A DNA stretch of 64,000 nt from Candidatus Dojkabacteria bacterium (GCA_016932045.1 JAFGDO010000002.1:66553-130552), one strand, 5' to 3'. Positions 48,360 to 58,533 are shown, numbered from the stretch's first letter. Numbers and translations are program-made. Notes: generated by a model not told the origin, from the letters alone.

Positions 48360-49306
48360 AAGTCTACAATATGGTAGTCTGTTGGTATTGGGTGAATCTC
48401 AGGAAGTAATCTAAGTTCTTCTTTTTCCTCTTCTCTTAGTTTTACTAACTCTCTTAAGACATCAGAAGTATGTGGATATCCTGGTATTATAAATACCTGT
48501 GCCCACTCTTGTGGTTCTACTCCTCTTTGAGTCATGTTACTTATTTTATTTGTCCTGAATTTATCTTCCATGCTTAAAATTATCTGTACATTTGTTTGTC
48601 CTCCTCTAACTCTGTCATAAATATTGCCATAAAAGGCGTCGAGATCAGTACATGCCGGATCTCTAGGGGGGATGAAGAATATATATATTGGAACGTCAAG
48701 AATTTTTGAAAGATGGATAGATAATGCGACTGTGACTATAAGGGGCCAAGGCCTTAGGTATCTATCACCTACCATTCTTTTGGAATCCAGATATTCATCG
48801 CTTTCAAGTCCGATGACTATCGCACCATTTGTTCCTCTTTCCGCTCTCATTTGTTTTATCTCAGCTGCGATAATGGTGAGAATCTTTATATGCGCAGGAG
48901 TTCCAACATATCCCCCATGTCCGTATGCAATTACATCATATTGAGATAATTCCAGATGTGGTGAATCAATGCATAGTTCATTAAAATCAATAATTCTATC
49001 TGTCATATCAAAACCATCATGAACCTTTACTATTGTTTCTTGAGCTATAGGAGGAAAGTAAGAAAACAAATCCAATATGTATTTGCAAGCAATAGATAGA
49101 TTTGAAGGTGGGGCAAGAAGGTTTTCTCTGGCTTCAGTTGTAAGCAAGTGATTTTGTAAAACAAAAAAGTAACGCAGCAGTGTTGGAAGTGTTGGTAGGA
49201 ATTTGGTATTGGCTAGAGTTTCAGGTCCATCTATATCTTCAAATGCTCGTGCAAAATCAGGACAGTACTCAATGGGCGGTCTTACGAGTTCAGTTTCTTC
49301 TCCCAT
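48356..49306 (-). CDS. Hypothetical protein with degenerate cytidylyltransferase-like domain
   Basis: YGHGG..TPAH, IVIGLESDEYL, RP and HTSDVL align by eye with the HIGH-family layout. Confidence 0.5.
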   Translation of the reverse strand: MGEETELVRPPIEYCPDFARAFEDIDGPETLANTKFLPTLPTLLRYFFVLQNHLLTTEARENLLAPPSNLSIACKYILDLFSYFPPIAQETIVKVHDGFDMTDRIIDFNELCIDSPHLELSQYDVIAYGHGGYVGTPAHIKILTIIAAEIKQMRAERGTNGAIVIGLESDEYLDSKRMVGDRYLRPWPLIVTVALSIHLSKILDVPIYIFFIPPRDPACTDLDAFYGNIYDRVRGGQTNVQIILSMEDKFRTNKISNMTQRGVEPQEWAQVFIIPGYPHTSDVLRELVKLREEEKEELRLLPEIHPIPTDYHIVDF

Positions 49307-49364
49307 TTGATTTCATCCTTCTTACAATGTAAACTGATTATAACTTAATTTTGATGATGTTTAA

Positions 49365-49919
49365 ATGAAGTTTTTATTGGCCCTGCAGCATACATTGGAA
49401 CTTAGAATTCTGGAGTTAGCAAAAGTGCGTGAGCTTCTTGAACTCATTTTATTATCAGCAGTATCGTTCCTCATCCCGGTATTTATAGGTCATCCACAGG
49501 TTTTTGTCGGAATTGTAGTGAATACACTCATCGTACGGAGTGCTTTAACTATGAAAAGCTGGAAAAATCTTCCGACAATTTTGCTGCCATCTCTTGGGGC
49601 ATTAGTGCGAGGTGTCTTGTTTGGACCTTTTACCTCTTATCTTTTCTTCCTTATCCCTGTCATCTGGACTGGAAATTTTATACTCACGTATCTTGTAAAA
49701 AAATTAAGTAGAAGGAGTTTCCTGTCGGTGGCAGTTTTTTCTTCAGTATGTAAAGCAGCTGTCATTTTTGCATTTACCCTCATGCTGGTTAAGGTTTCTG
49801 TTATTCCGGATTTGTTCCTAAAATCGATGGGTATTATCCAGGTTATTACTGCTTTAGCTGGGACTACTATTGCTTTAGGAGTAACGAAATTAGAACTTAA
49901 ATCAGCATTAAGCAATTAG
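49365..49919 (+). CDS. Membrane protein (ECF S-component-like) upstream of the hydrogenase-like gene
   Basis: About 5-6 TM; PQVFVGIVVN, LPSLGAL, IWTGN and QVITALAG motifs. Confidence 0.7.
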   Translation: MKFLLALQHTLELRILELAKVRELLELILLSAVSFLIPVFIGHPQVFVGIVVNTLIVRSALTMKSWKNLPTILLPSLGALVRGVLFGPFTSYLFFLIPVIWTGNFILTYLVKKLSRRSFLSVAVFSSVCKAAVIFAFTLMLVKVSVIPDLFLKSMGIIQVITALAGTTIALGVTKLELKSALSN

Positions 49920-49947
49920 AAATTCATATATCTAATATTTTTAGCAA

Positions 49948-50808
49948 GTGACCATGAGTGATATTAATAGATTGGAGAAATTGCTTAAAGGAAAAGATCC
50001 AGTGGTTTGTATGTTAGCACCATCATTTATTGCAGATTTTGACTATCCTGAAATTGTTTGGCAGTTGAAAAAGCTTGGATTTGATAAAGTTGTTGAGTTA
50101 ACGTTTGGAGCAAAGATGACAAACATTTTCTCACATAAATATATAAAAAGTGATAAATCAAAAACATGGATTGCATCTCCATGCCCAACTTTAGTCCAGT
50201 TAATTCGAACTAAGTTTCCACATCTAAAGGAGAATTTACTTCCAGTTCATTCTCCGATGGGGTGTATGAGTTTGATTTGCAAAAAATTCTTCCCCAGACA
50301 CAAATATGTTTTTGTCGGTCCGTGCTTAACCAAGAAAGTGGAAGCTTTAGAATTGCCTTATGTTGAACTGGCTCTAACATTTAGGGAACTCGAAGAAAAG
50401 TTGAGGAAGGAAGGCATTGATAAAGTCAGAAAGAGAAAGCTTACTTTTGATAAATTTTATAACGACTATACTAAAATATTCCCTCTAGCAGGCGGTATGG
50501 CAGATACTTTGCATTCTGCAAGGATCATAAAAGATTCTGAAATTTTGGTTTCTGATGGTGTTGATGAAGTTATGAAAATTCTTAAAGGCTTTAAAAATGG
50601 GAAGTATAAGAAGTATCGATTCTTAGATGTTTTAGCATGCAGTGGAGGTTGTATCGGAGGTCCAGGAATGACGACAACAAGGTCAGTGGATGAGAAAAGG
50701 GAAAGAGTGATCAAATACCGTGATTTTGCAAGAAATTGTGAGAAGGATTTAGGCAGGAGGGGAAAAATTGTTCATGTGGAGGAGATTGATTTTACGAGGA
50801 AGTTTTGA
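49948..50808 (+). CDS. Minimal [FeFe]-hydrogenase H-cluster domain protein
   Basis: LAPS; L1 ASPCP; SPM; L2 GPCLTKKVE; L3 DVLACSGGCIGGPG; no accessory FeS domain. Confidence 0.85.
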   Translation: MTMSDINRLEKLLKGKDPVVCMLAPSFIADFDYPEIVWQLKKLGFDKVVELTFGAKMTNIFSHKYIKSDKSKTWIASPCPTLVQLIRTKFPHLKENLLPVHSPMGCMSLICKKFFPRHKYVFVGPCLTKKVEALELPYVELALTFRELEEKLRKEGIDKVRKRKLTFDKFYNDYTKIFPLAGGMADTLHSARIIKDSEILVSDGVDEVMKILKGFKNGKYKKYRFLDVLACSGGCIGGPGMTTTRSVDEKRERVIKYRDFARNCEKDLGRRGKIVHVEEIDFTRKF

Positions 50809-50811
50809 TCA

Positions 50812-50847
50812 ATCAGTAACGGAAAGGCAAGCCTTTCCGTTACTGAT
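50812..50847. terminator. Perfect 17-bp inverted repeat between convergent genes
   Basis: ATCAGTAACGGAAAGGC-AA-GCCTTTCCGTTACTGAT. Confidence 0.7.
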
Positions 50848-50860
50848 ATGATAGGCGATT

Positions 50861-51118
50861 TTATCTTTCCTTTTGAGGTCGTGCTTCGTTTACTGTCAAG
50901 TTTCTTCCATCAAGTTCTTTACCATTGAGTTCTTCAATTGCCTTCTTTGCGTCTTCTTCTTTTTCCATTGTGACGAATCCGAATCCCTTTGATCTACCAC
51001 TAAACTTATCTTTGATGATTACAACTTCAGTTACTTTTCCGACCTGTTCGAAGAGTTCCTTCAAACCTTCTTCTGTAGTATCCCACGAGATACCACCAAC
51101 AAATAATTTGTTCGACAT
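50861..51118 (-). CDS. RRM RNA-binding protein
   Basis: RNP2 LFVGGI, RNP1 KGFGFVTM, VNEARP. Confidence 0.95.
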   Translation of the reverse strand: MSNKLFVGGISWDTTEEGLKELFEQVGKVTEVVIIKDKFSGRSKGFGFVTMEKEEDAKKAIEELNGKELDGRNLTVNEARPQKER

Positions 51119-51400
51119 CTTGAAATGTACTTAAAAAATAAAGACTACTAAGCAATATGCTTTGTAGTATAAGTGCTACCTGGAAATAAAACGCACGTGG
51201 TTAATTTATAACACGAGGATTTATCCAATCAAGTTATAAATGAACCTCCTTTCAAATACAAATATAAAAACCCAGAGACTTGCGTCTTGGGGCTTAAGAA
51301 ACTTGACTTGAGCACACGAATAAATTATATCATGTAAATTATAAAAGTAAAGACTTTGCCAGAGGTTTGATTTACTTTGTTAGGTATAGTAGGTATCTTG

Positions 51401-51426
51401 GGACAAGGGGTTTAAACCCCTTGTCC
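51401..51426. repeat. Perfect palindrome (REP-like), copy 2
   Basis: GGACAAGGGGTTTAAACCCCTTGTCC. Confidence 0.8.
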
Positions 51427-51435
51427 TTTTGTAGC

Positions 51436-52356
51436 TTACTTTTTCTCAACACTTACGAAGAATTGATTGACGAATTCTGAACATTTGTCAAAGTCAACTT
51501 TGTCTTCCAATGAGCAATTTACCATTAATTCATGAGGATTATCACCTCCCTCTTCATCATAAGCAAGAAAATCGAATTCCGTCATTACAAATCCATAACT
51601 TGTAAAGGTGTCTCCTTCCTTTTTACCAACAATGAAAAGGGTATGTGGATCTTCTCCAATAGCTGAGAATTTCTCTAAGATACCCAACAAGGTGATATCG
51701 TATTCTTCTAAGTCATACATTAAAGGCTTGTTTTTTAGTTTAATTGTTTTTGGACCTCCTTCTGTTTCTCCTACATCATATTCTACTGAAAGTTCCAAAG
51801 GTTTTGAAAAGTCATATATATATTCGTCAGCGCCATGTCCTGCAGGGATTGTGATCATTAAAGACATGTCACTGTTCTCAATACTAATTTGTTGGACTCC
51901 TTGTAGGTCAGAACCAATATAGCTTATAGGATCTTTATCATCTTTTGTCTCAACGGTCCATCCTTTTGGATATTGAAATTTAATATACTCATCTTCATAC
52001 CAAACATATTCAAAGAATTCCTTTTTTTCAGGTGTTTGTTCCTTTTCCGGCAACTTCTCATCCTTTTTTTCATCAGCGATTGGTGGTTCTTTCTTTTCTT
52101 CTTTCCCGCAATTAAGCTTTTCCCAAACATATGAGTCTTCGAGTACTGTCGAGCATACATAATCTTCCAGCCAGCCTCCTGCCCAAAGGATTCCAATTGT
52201 TCCTAGACATACACAGAGTGTTCCAAGTATAAGAATCAGAATACATGCCCAAAGTTTGAGCTTGGATCCTCGTCTTGTTTTTGGTCGTACAACACTGGTA
52301 TCTTCCTTTACAGCTTGCTCTTTGGGAACTGCTTTAAAACCACTATTATCTGCCAT
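51436..52356 (-). CDS. Single-TM exported acidic protein (PsbP-like start motif)
   Basis: TM, charged linker, IKFQYPKGWTV. Confidence 0.65.
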   Translation of the reverse strand: MADNSGFKAVPKEQAVKEDTSVVRPKTRRGSKLKLWACILILILGTLCVCLGTIGILWAGGWLEDYVCSTVLEDSYVWEKLNCGKEEKKEPPIADEKKDEKLPEKEQTPEKKEFFEYVWYEDEYIKFQYPKGWTVETKDDKDPISYIGSDLQGVQQISIENSDMSLMITIPAGHGADEYIYDFSKPLELSVEYDVGETEGGPKTIKLKNKPLMYDLEEYDITLLGILEKFSAIGEDPHTLFIVGKKEGDTFTSYGFVMTEFDFLAYDEEGGDNPHELMVNCSLEDKVDFDKCSEFVNQFFVSVEKK

Positions 52357-52420
52357 GATGTTTATATTAAAAAGTTATGTATATCCATTTAACATTAAAT
52401 TTTCTCGTTTGTAACACTTT

Positions 52421-53092
52421 TTAAGATAAAGCTTCAACTATCTTTTCTCCGAATGAAGTGGCTGACTCGGGCCCACTTCCGGTAATTATTAGACCATCTT
52501 GAGTCACAGGATCAGCAGTATAATTTGCTCCCTTACTTGTCAGATTATCTTCATAACCAGGAAAGCATGTTGCATCTTTGCCTTCAAGAAGTCCAGCATT
52601 TGCAAGTATTGTTGGAGCACTGCATATTGCAGCTGTTATTTTACCGTTATTATAGAATTCTTTAGAAAGATTTTGTGCATCCTTGTCATCAAAAAATTCA
52701 TGTGCTCCAGATCCACCAATAAAGACTATTGCGTCGAAATCTTCAACATTAACCTCTGTAATATCAAGATCTACCTGCGCTACTCCTCCATTCATTCCTT
52801 TTGCAGTTGTAACTCCTTTGGAAGCGATAGTTACGTTATAATTCTCTGCTTCTAAGGCATCTCTTACTCTAGTGAATTCTTCGTCATTATAATCATTTGC
52901 TCCTAAGACTAACACTATATTATTTGTTCTTTCGGATTTAGCAACTTGATCGGAGTCTTCTGTTGTTTCATCTGACACATCCTTTTCTGAATTTTGATGT
53001 TCCTCCAGTTCCTGTTGATAAAGAAAGTAACCAATTACTCCGATGGCTACAAGGAGGATGAAAGAAATTATGAAGGGTGCATTCTTTTTCAT
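52421..53092 (-). CDS. DJ-1/PfpI-family protein with N-terminal TM anchor
   Basis: DEE, DAIVFIGG, AAICSAP and DGLIITGSGP motifs. Confidence 0.92.
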   Translation of the reverse strand: MKKNAPFIISFILLVAIGVIGYFLYQQELEEHQNSEKDVSDETTEDSDQVAKSERTNNIVLVLGANDYNDEEFTRVRDALEAENYNVTIASKGVTTAKGMNGGVAQVDLDITEVNVEDFDAIVFIGGSGAHEFFDDKDAQNLSKEFYNNGKITAAICSAPTILANAGLLEGKDATCFPGYEDNLTSKGANYTADPVTQDGLIITGSGPESATSFGEKIVEALS

Positions 53093-53130
53093 ATACTCTT
53101 AATCTAAAGAATAAAGTATTTTTTATATTC

Positions 53131-53655
53131 CTATGATGAAATTTCTGTTTCAAGTATTTCTACTATTTTATTGCCAAAGTCTTTTGCTGAAGCCGGTCCG
53201 TCAGCTGTAACTATTTTGCCATCTACTGTAACACTTTCACCTGTATAGTTTGCTCCCTTATCTTCTAAGTTATCTTCTTCGGAGGCAAATGCTGTTACAT
53301 TTTTACCTTTTAAAACACCTGCATTGGCGACTATTGAAGGGGCGATACATATAGCTCCGAGAACCTTCTCATTTGTTACAGCGTCTCTTGCAATTGTTTG
53401 AGCAAAATCATCATCAAAATAAATACTTGAGCCTGGTCCTCCGACAAAAATTATTGCATCATAGTTGTCGACTTCTACTTCTGTTATATCAAGATTCACT
53501 TCAGTCTTTCCGCCTTGTATTCCCATTGCTTCTTCGATTCCTCTAGAAGCAACAGAAACCTCATATCCATTCATTTCAAAAATTTCTCTTGGATGATCAA
53601 ATTCTTCGTCCCTATAATTTCGGGGGGCTACTATCATCAATACTTTCTTGCTCAT
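53131..53655 (-). CDS. DJ-1/PfpI-family protein, cytoplasmic
   Basis: RDEE, DAIIFVGG, GAICIAP and DGKIVTADGP motifs. Confidence 0.93.
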   Translation of the reverse strand: MSKKVLMIVAPRNYRDEEFDHPREIFEMNGYEVSVASRGIEEAMGIQGGKTEVNLDITEVEVDNYDAIIFVGGPGSSIYFDDDFAQTIARDAVTNEKVLGAICIAPSIVANAGVLKGKNVTAFASEEDNLEDKGANYTGESVTVDGKIVTADGPASAKDFGNKIVEILETEISS

Positions 53656-53783
53656 CTTTAAAGACGTTAAAAAATAATTGCAATATTTATTATTAAGATA
53701 AATAAATTGTAATATAATTGCAAGTAGATGGGAAATGGTCAGATAGTTGAAGACATTATTAATTTTTAATTCATAATTCAGCT

Positions 53784-54797
53784 TTGAAGATTCAAGACAT
53801 CTTAAAAAGTGAATATGGCTTGGAACAATGCAAATTAAAAAGGCTTAAGGGTGGCTTTAGGAATATTTGTTTCAAGGTCTCATCGCAAAAGGGTGATTTT
53901 GTTTTAATTGTTTATAAGGATGAGCCGGAGATAAAAAAAACTATTATAAACGCCCATCTAGTCGCTAAATTACTTCAAGAGAAAGAATTTCCTACCCGCA
54001 TTCCATTGACTACCAAAGGCGGACATGAATATAAACGCTTTAAATTTGGCAACTGCTATCACTACGTTGCTTTGTACAAGCTACTCGAGGGCAGTACTAT
54101 TCCATGGGAAGCCTATACGAGGAGGCATCTTAAGTCGATGGGCAAGACATTTTCCGATATGCACTATGCACTAAAGAAGATTTATAACTCACATCTCATA
54201 ACTCATAACTTAAGTAATTGGGCAGATATAACACAACGAGAGATAACTGCGATGGAAGAATATTTTAAAGGGGTTGAGCCGTGGACAAGTAAAAAATTGA
54301 AGGTACGATTAAACTGGGAAAGGATTAAGAGAGTATTTGAAACCATTACCAAGCGAGAGGCGACAAGTGAAAAGCGAGAAAGCATTCTTCATTATGACTT
54401 CGTACGTGGAAACATCTTGTTTTCAGAAGAATTTGATTCGAGTTTAGATATATATCCGATAACTGGGATTCTTGATTTCGAAAAAACATGCATAGGACCA
54501 GAAATAGCTGATATTGCAAGGACACTAGCATTCCTTATAATTGACTGTAAGTATAAAAGTGAGGAGACTATAAGGAAGCGCTTCTTGATAAGTGGCTATG
54601 AACGGCGAGGCAGAAACAAATTGCCATTTGCCAATCTTTCTGACCCGCTTCTTGAAAACTTAATGGCATTTTTTTGGCTTAGAGATTTCTGGAAGTTTCT
54701 TGTTCATAACCCTTATGAGTATCTTTATATGAATGAGCACTATATCCGAACTAAAGATCGTTTGGTAAAGGCAGAGCTAATAACTTATAACTTATAA
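53784..54797 (+). CDS. APH/homoserine kinase II-like phosphotransferase
   Basis: GGFRN, LHYDFVRGNILF and GILDFE motifs. Confidence 0.88.
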   Translation: MKIQDILKSEYGLEQCKLKRLKGGFRNICFKVSSQKGDFVLIVYKDEPEIKKTIINAHLVAKLLQEKEFPTRIPLTTKGGHEYKRFKFGNCYHYVALYKLLEGSTIPWEAYTRRHLKSMGKTFSDMHYALKKIYNSHLITHNLSNWADITQREITAMEEYFKGVEPWTSKKLKVRLNWERIKRVFETITKREATSEKRESILHYDFVRGNILFSEEFDSSLDIYPITGILDFEKTCIGPEIADIARTLAFLIIDCKYKSEETIRKRFLISGYERRGRNKLPFANLSDPLLENLMAFFWLRDFWKFLVHNPYEYLYMNEHYIRTKDRLVKAELITYNL

Positions 54798-55006
54798 CTT
54801 ATATCTCCTATCTAGTGTCTTTATGCTTATAGCTAGGAGCATATCCTTCGAATACGCTCAGGACAGCTAAGCTTGGAGGCTAAAAGTTAATAGCGAGGAG
54901 GTTGGATGGTTGTACAGATGATATTTAACAGGTATTGAGGTAAGTGACGTTGGTTACCTAGAAACGTTATTAAAAGTAGAGGCCTAATTTAATATAAATA
55001 TACAAT

Positions 55007-55195
55007 ATGTTTAGAGAAGAATTCTCTTATACTCGAGAAGTGCGAAGAGAGTTCGAAACTCAAGGGACATTTTGTCCTAGGTGTGGGAGTCACGTGGAGT
55101 TTCGGTTGGTTGAAGATCTGGAAGTACTGATGTGCGTAGGTTGTGGGTTTTGTTTTGAATATACCCCTAGGCAGATGGCATTAAACGAGGCTTGA
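55007..55195 (+). CDS. Small zinc-ribbon protein
   Basis: CPRCG...CVGCGF, 62 aa. Confidence 0.6.
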   Translation: MFREEFSYTREVRREFETQGTFCPRCGSHVEFRLVEDLEVLMCVGCGFCFEYTPRQMALNEA

Positions 55196-55201
55196 TTCCT
55201 C

Positions 55202-56389
55202 TTAGTTTAAGGAATAACCTCTCCCGCGGTAATTCTTTATCTCAAGACCTATTTCCTTTACTTTCCTCCTTAAATTCGACAGTGTTTTGTAAATTGACCA
55301 TAAAGAGTATTTTTTCTCTTCCTCTTTCCCCCATAACTCTCTTGAAATGTCATCTAATGTTACTATTCGGTCAGGATTAGATGTGAAAAGTTTATAAAGT
55401 CTATATTCCTGCATAGTGAAGATTTTTTTAAGATTCGGCCTTGATTTTTCAGTTTTAGTTACTAGTGGCTCTAGAATCTTGATTTTAAACTGATTATTCT
55501 TATCAATAATATAGAGTTTTTTTAAAAATTCATTCCTTGAATAGTTCAGTTGTCCATTTTTTATAAGTTTGTAAGTCTGCAGTTTGTCATATATATCTTT
55601 CACTTTATATTCCAGTACTTGGAATTTGAGAAGTTTATCGACGTTGTTAAGTTTTTTGTACTCATGTATGTACTTTATAAGATACTTTGCTATCCCTATA
55701 TTTCCTCCACTTAAGGAGAATATTTCCCTAGTAAACTTTAAAGGTACGTTCCAATTAAATAATTTTTTGTAATTTTTTATAGAAAGTTCTATTTCTTTTT
55801 CATTTAGAGACGGAAGTATTATCTGATTTGCAGAAGCAAGTGTACCTGCCCTTTTATAACTTTGAGGATGGGTCAAACAGCTTATGTCACAACTTATAAG
55901 AAAGCGCACTTTTAAAGAATTGATTGATCTGAGTGAATTAAGAAAGTCAAAGTTCTGAGGGTTTAGGCGTAAATTCTGAAATCTATTTAAAATTACTATT
56001 ATTTCTTTCCCCCTTTTTATTATTTCACTAAACAATTCTTCACTGCTTAAGCTTTCAAGGTATATCGGCGAATTAAGTTTGAATCTTAATTTGCTAGCTA
56101 TTGACTTTGCTAATTGTCCTGGCTTAATGCCTTTCTGTATTATATCTAAAGAAATTATTACAACTTTTTCTTTTTTCGTTATTGAAGGATAAACGTCTTC
56201 AACATATTTCAGAAATGTTGTTAAGCCTGAGTGAGGTAGGCCTGTAATGAGGACCGTTTCATAGTTTAGTCTTTGACAGGTATTTTGTAGGAATTTGTCC
56301 CATCTCCCTCCCGGGAAGAAATACTTATACATATTTTGATGATACTTATGGTAATGTGAATTATACAATAATTGTAGCGAATATCCCAT
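55202..56389 (-). CDS. Degenerate P-loop (AAA/STAND-like) domain with C-terminal OmpR-type winged helix
   Basis: ITGLPHSGLTT, LSGG, FTMQEYRL...LW...SNLRRK...RGRGY; real start probably near MYKYFFP. Confidence 0.75.
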   Translation of the reverse strand: MGYSLQLLYNSHYHKYHQNMYKYFFPGGRWDKFLQNTCQRLNYETVLITGLPHSGLTTFLKYVEDVYPSITKKEKVVIISLDIIQKGIKPGQLAKSIASKLRFKLNSPIYLESLSSEELFSEIIKRGKEIIVILNRFQNLRLNPQNFDFLNSLRSINSLKVRFLISCDISCLTHPQSYKRAGTLASANQIILPSLNEKEIELSIKNYKKLFNWNVPLKFTREIFSLSGGNIGIAKYLIKYIHEYKKLNNVDKLLKFQVLEYKVKDIYDKLQTYKLIKNGQLNYSRNEFLKKLYIIDKNNQFKIKILEPLVTKTEKSRPNLKKIFTMQEYRLYKLFTSNPDRIVTLDDISRELWGKEEEKKYSLWSIYKTLSNLRRKVKEIGLEIKNYRGRGYSLN

Positions 56390-56460
56390 AATTGTTTAAA
56401 GTGATGTAATAATCTGATAAAATACATCTTAACTGCCGGTTTTAGTTAAACTGGACAAAC

Positions 56461-58170
56461 ATGGAACAGACGGTTCAAATACATCCCAGTGTTTTCAATC
56501 ATGAGGTTGCATTTTGTGAAAGCGGATTGGGTAAAATTCATGTGGAACTTAAGGATGGATTTGGCGAAAGAGTTGTAACACTACGTCAGGCAGATGAGTT
56601 TAGATACGCTGATGGTTGGGGTGTTAGAATTATTGACTCCTTAAGGAAAGTCATTGGTGGAGAAGCGCCAATAACTTGTTGTAATAGGAAAACTCTAGAA
56701 TTCTATCATCAAATATTATCACTTTCAGAGGCTGGAAAGCTTACAAAACGAAGTTATATAGATGTGCTGAGTATTTTTACGCCGGCAATGATAGATCTGG
56801 AAGCTTTCCAAGGAGATTGGCTTGCGGTGAATCTGGTTAGGTCACTTGTTTTTGCATCAGGTATAAATTATGCAAGAGAAACCATATTTGAAGAGATACG
56901 TGTTCAGGCTTCAAGTGACGCGGAGTTTAGAAAGCGCATTGGTCAGTTTCTTGACGTTCAAATATTTGAGGCCCGACTTATATTTGAGGAAGGCCACCCA
57001 TTATTAATGCAGTCTGATTTATCTACTATAGAAGAACTTTCTTATGCTATTCCATGGATCTATTCCTGGCAGTTTTATGATAATGCAAGGCTAGGTTCAG
57101 AAGAAAATTGTCAGAATGGGACGGAAAGAAACTTTTGGCGACAACTTGATGAGAGAATGGTTAAAACGTTAAAGCAATGGAGAACGGCTTTTTTTGAAAC
57201 CGAACAAGCTGTTGGTATACGACACGGTACGTTTCCGATTGAAAGAGTGGTAGGTATCCCTGGAGTCGGTAAAACCGAAACAACGAGGAGTTTGATTAAT
57301 GCAGAAGGTGATGGTTCGGTTGTGATGTACCTTGAAGGTGGCAACTATATAAGGCCCAATTGGCCTCAAAGATCAAGTCATCTATTCCAGCTTGAATTAC
57401 TAGAATTAGAAATGGAAAAAAAAGGAGCTGATATGGAAAGACTGAGATATTTACATAGAGAACATGAAAAAGCTTACTATCTATATAGAGACATTGCAAA
57501 TCAGGAGTTACATCTTGATTGGATCGAGTCATTTTTATTAAGGGCATCCGATGGTACACCTTGTCGATTTTTTATAGAATCAATGCCATTCTTGCCGCTT
57601 GTTGCCGAACTAGGATGCTTTGATGTGCACCCGAGAATTGCTGATTTACCAGTAATGAGTGAGTGGGGAACTTCTCCTTGGATTAATCCATATGAATTTT
57701 ATCCTCTTGGAGATGAAGAATTGGCATTAAAAGAGCCTCTAAGTATTGGTACATCTATAAGGTATGCGTTAGTTAGCTCACTAAAGGTACATGCAGTTTT
57801 TCGATACATGTATGGTCCAACCGTTTTAATTGATGCGCCTCTTGATGTATGCAAAGAGCGAATAGAAAAATCCACACAAGGTAGAGAGCAGCGGGTCCGC
57901 CTGAAGGATTTAGACTATTGGCTTTCATGGAGATTTATCTATCTTACTCTAGCAGACACTTTTCCTAGTATTGGGGTTGTACATTCTGCAGTGATAGATG
58001 AAAGTAGGGAAAGGGGATACAGAATGTTGAGTGCGTCTCAAGTGGCAGTCCTTTCTGCTTCTGTATTGACTTTGCTAAAGTTAAGAATGATTTCAAGTGA
58101 TGCTGAAATACCGGATGTCGAAATTCTTCACCAACTGATAAGGCTTAAGGAACGGGTGATGCGTCTTTAG
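56461..58170 (+). CDS. Hypothetical protein with C-terminal nucleoside/nucleotide kinase-like P-loop domain
   Basis: VVGIPGVGKT, YLE, VLIDAPLDVCKERI...GRE (dNK-like lid). Confidence 0.6.
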   Translation: MEQTVQIHPSVFNHEVAFCESGLGKIHVELKDGFGERVVTLRQADEFRYADGWGVRIIDSLRKVIGGEAPITCCNRKTLEFYHQILSLSEAGKLTKRSYIDVLSIFTPAMIDLEAFQGDWLAVNLVRSLVFASGINYARETIFEEIRVQASSDAEFRKRIGQFLDVQIFEARLIFEEGHPLLMQSDLSTIEELSYAIPWIYSWQFYDNARLGSEENCQNGTERNFWRQLDERMVKTLKQWRTAFFETEQAVGIRHGTFPIERVVGIPGVGKTETTRSLINAEGDGSVVMYLEGGNYIRPNWPQRSSHLFQLELLELEMEKKGADMERLRYLHREHEKAYYLYRDIANQELHLDWIESFLLRASDGTPCRFFIESMPFLPLVAELGCFDVHPRIADLPVMSEWGTSPWINPYEFYPLGDEELALKEPLSIGTSIRYALVSSLKVHAVFRYMYGPTVLIDAPLDVCKERIEKSTQGREQRVRLKDLDYWLSWRFIYLTLADTFPSIGVVHSAVIDESRERGYRMLSASQVAVLSASVLTLLKLRMISSDAEIPDVEILHQLIRLKERVMRL

Positions 58171-58253
58171 CTTTATCCAATACATTTCCAAAAACCTTCC
58201 AATAAAACTCAAGCAACCATACTATTTTTATTATAAAAAAATAGGAGGTATAT

Positions 58254-58433
58254 ATGCAAATTAGTAATATAACCAAAAAAACTAGGTCCAGGAAGGTGAT
58301 TGATGTATATGGTGGTCTGTGTCCGGAATGCGCTTCAAAATTGGTTTTTGCAGAATCTAGTTTTTACTGCCCCAGCTGCGGATTTTGTGAAACAGATTTC
58401 GTGATGGAGCAGGAGAAGTTATTAGGCCTCTAG
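58254..58433 (+). CDS. Small zinc-ribbon protein (59 aa, missed by the ORF track)
   Basis: AGGAGG RBS; MQISNITKK...GLCPECASKLVFAESSFYCPSCGFCE... Confidence 0.7.
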   Translation: MQISNITKKTRSRKVIDVYGGLCPECASKLVFAESSFYCPSCGFCETDFVMEQEKLLGL

Positions 58434-58533
58434 ACTAAGAAATAGAGAGTAGAAGCATATGCTATTGATTTTTAATTAATAGCATAGCTAAATGGCAAGG
58501 TAGTTATTTAACTATCTAGTTATCTTTTTTCTC

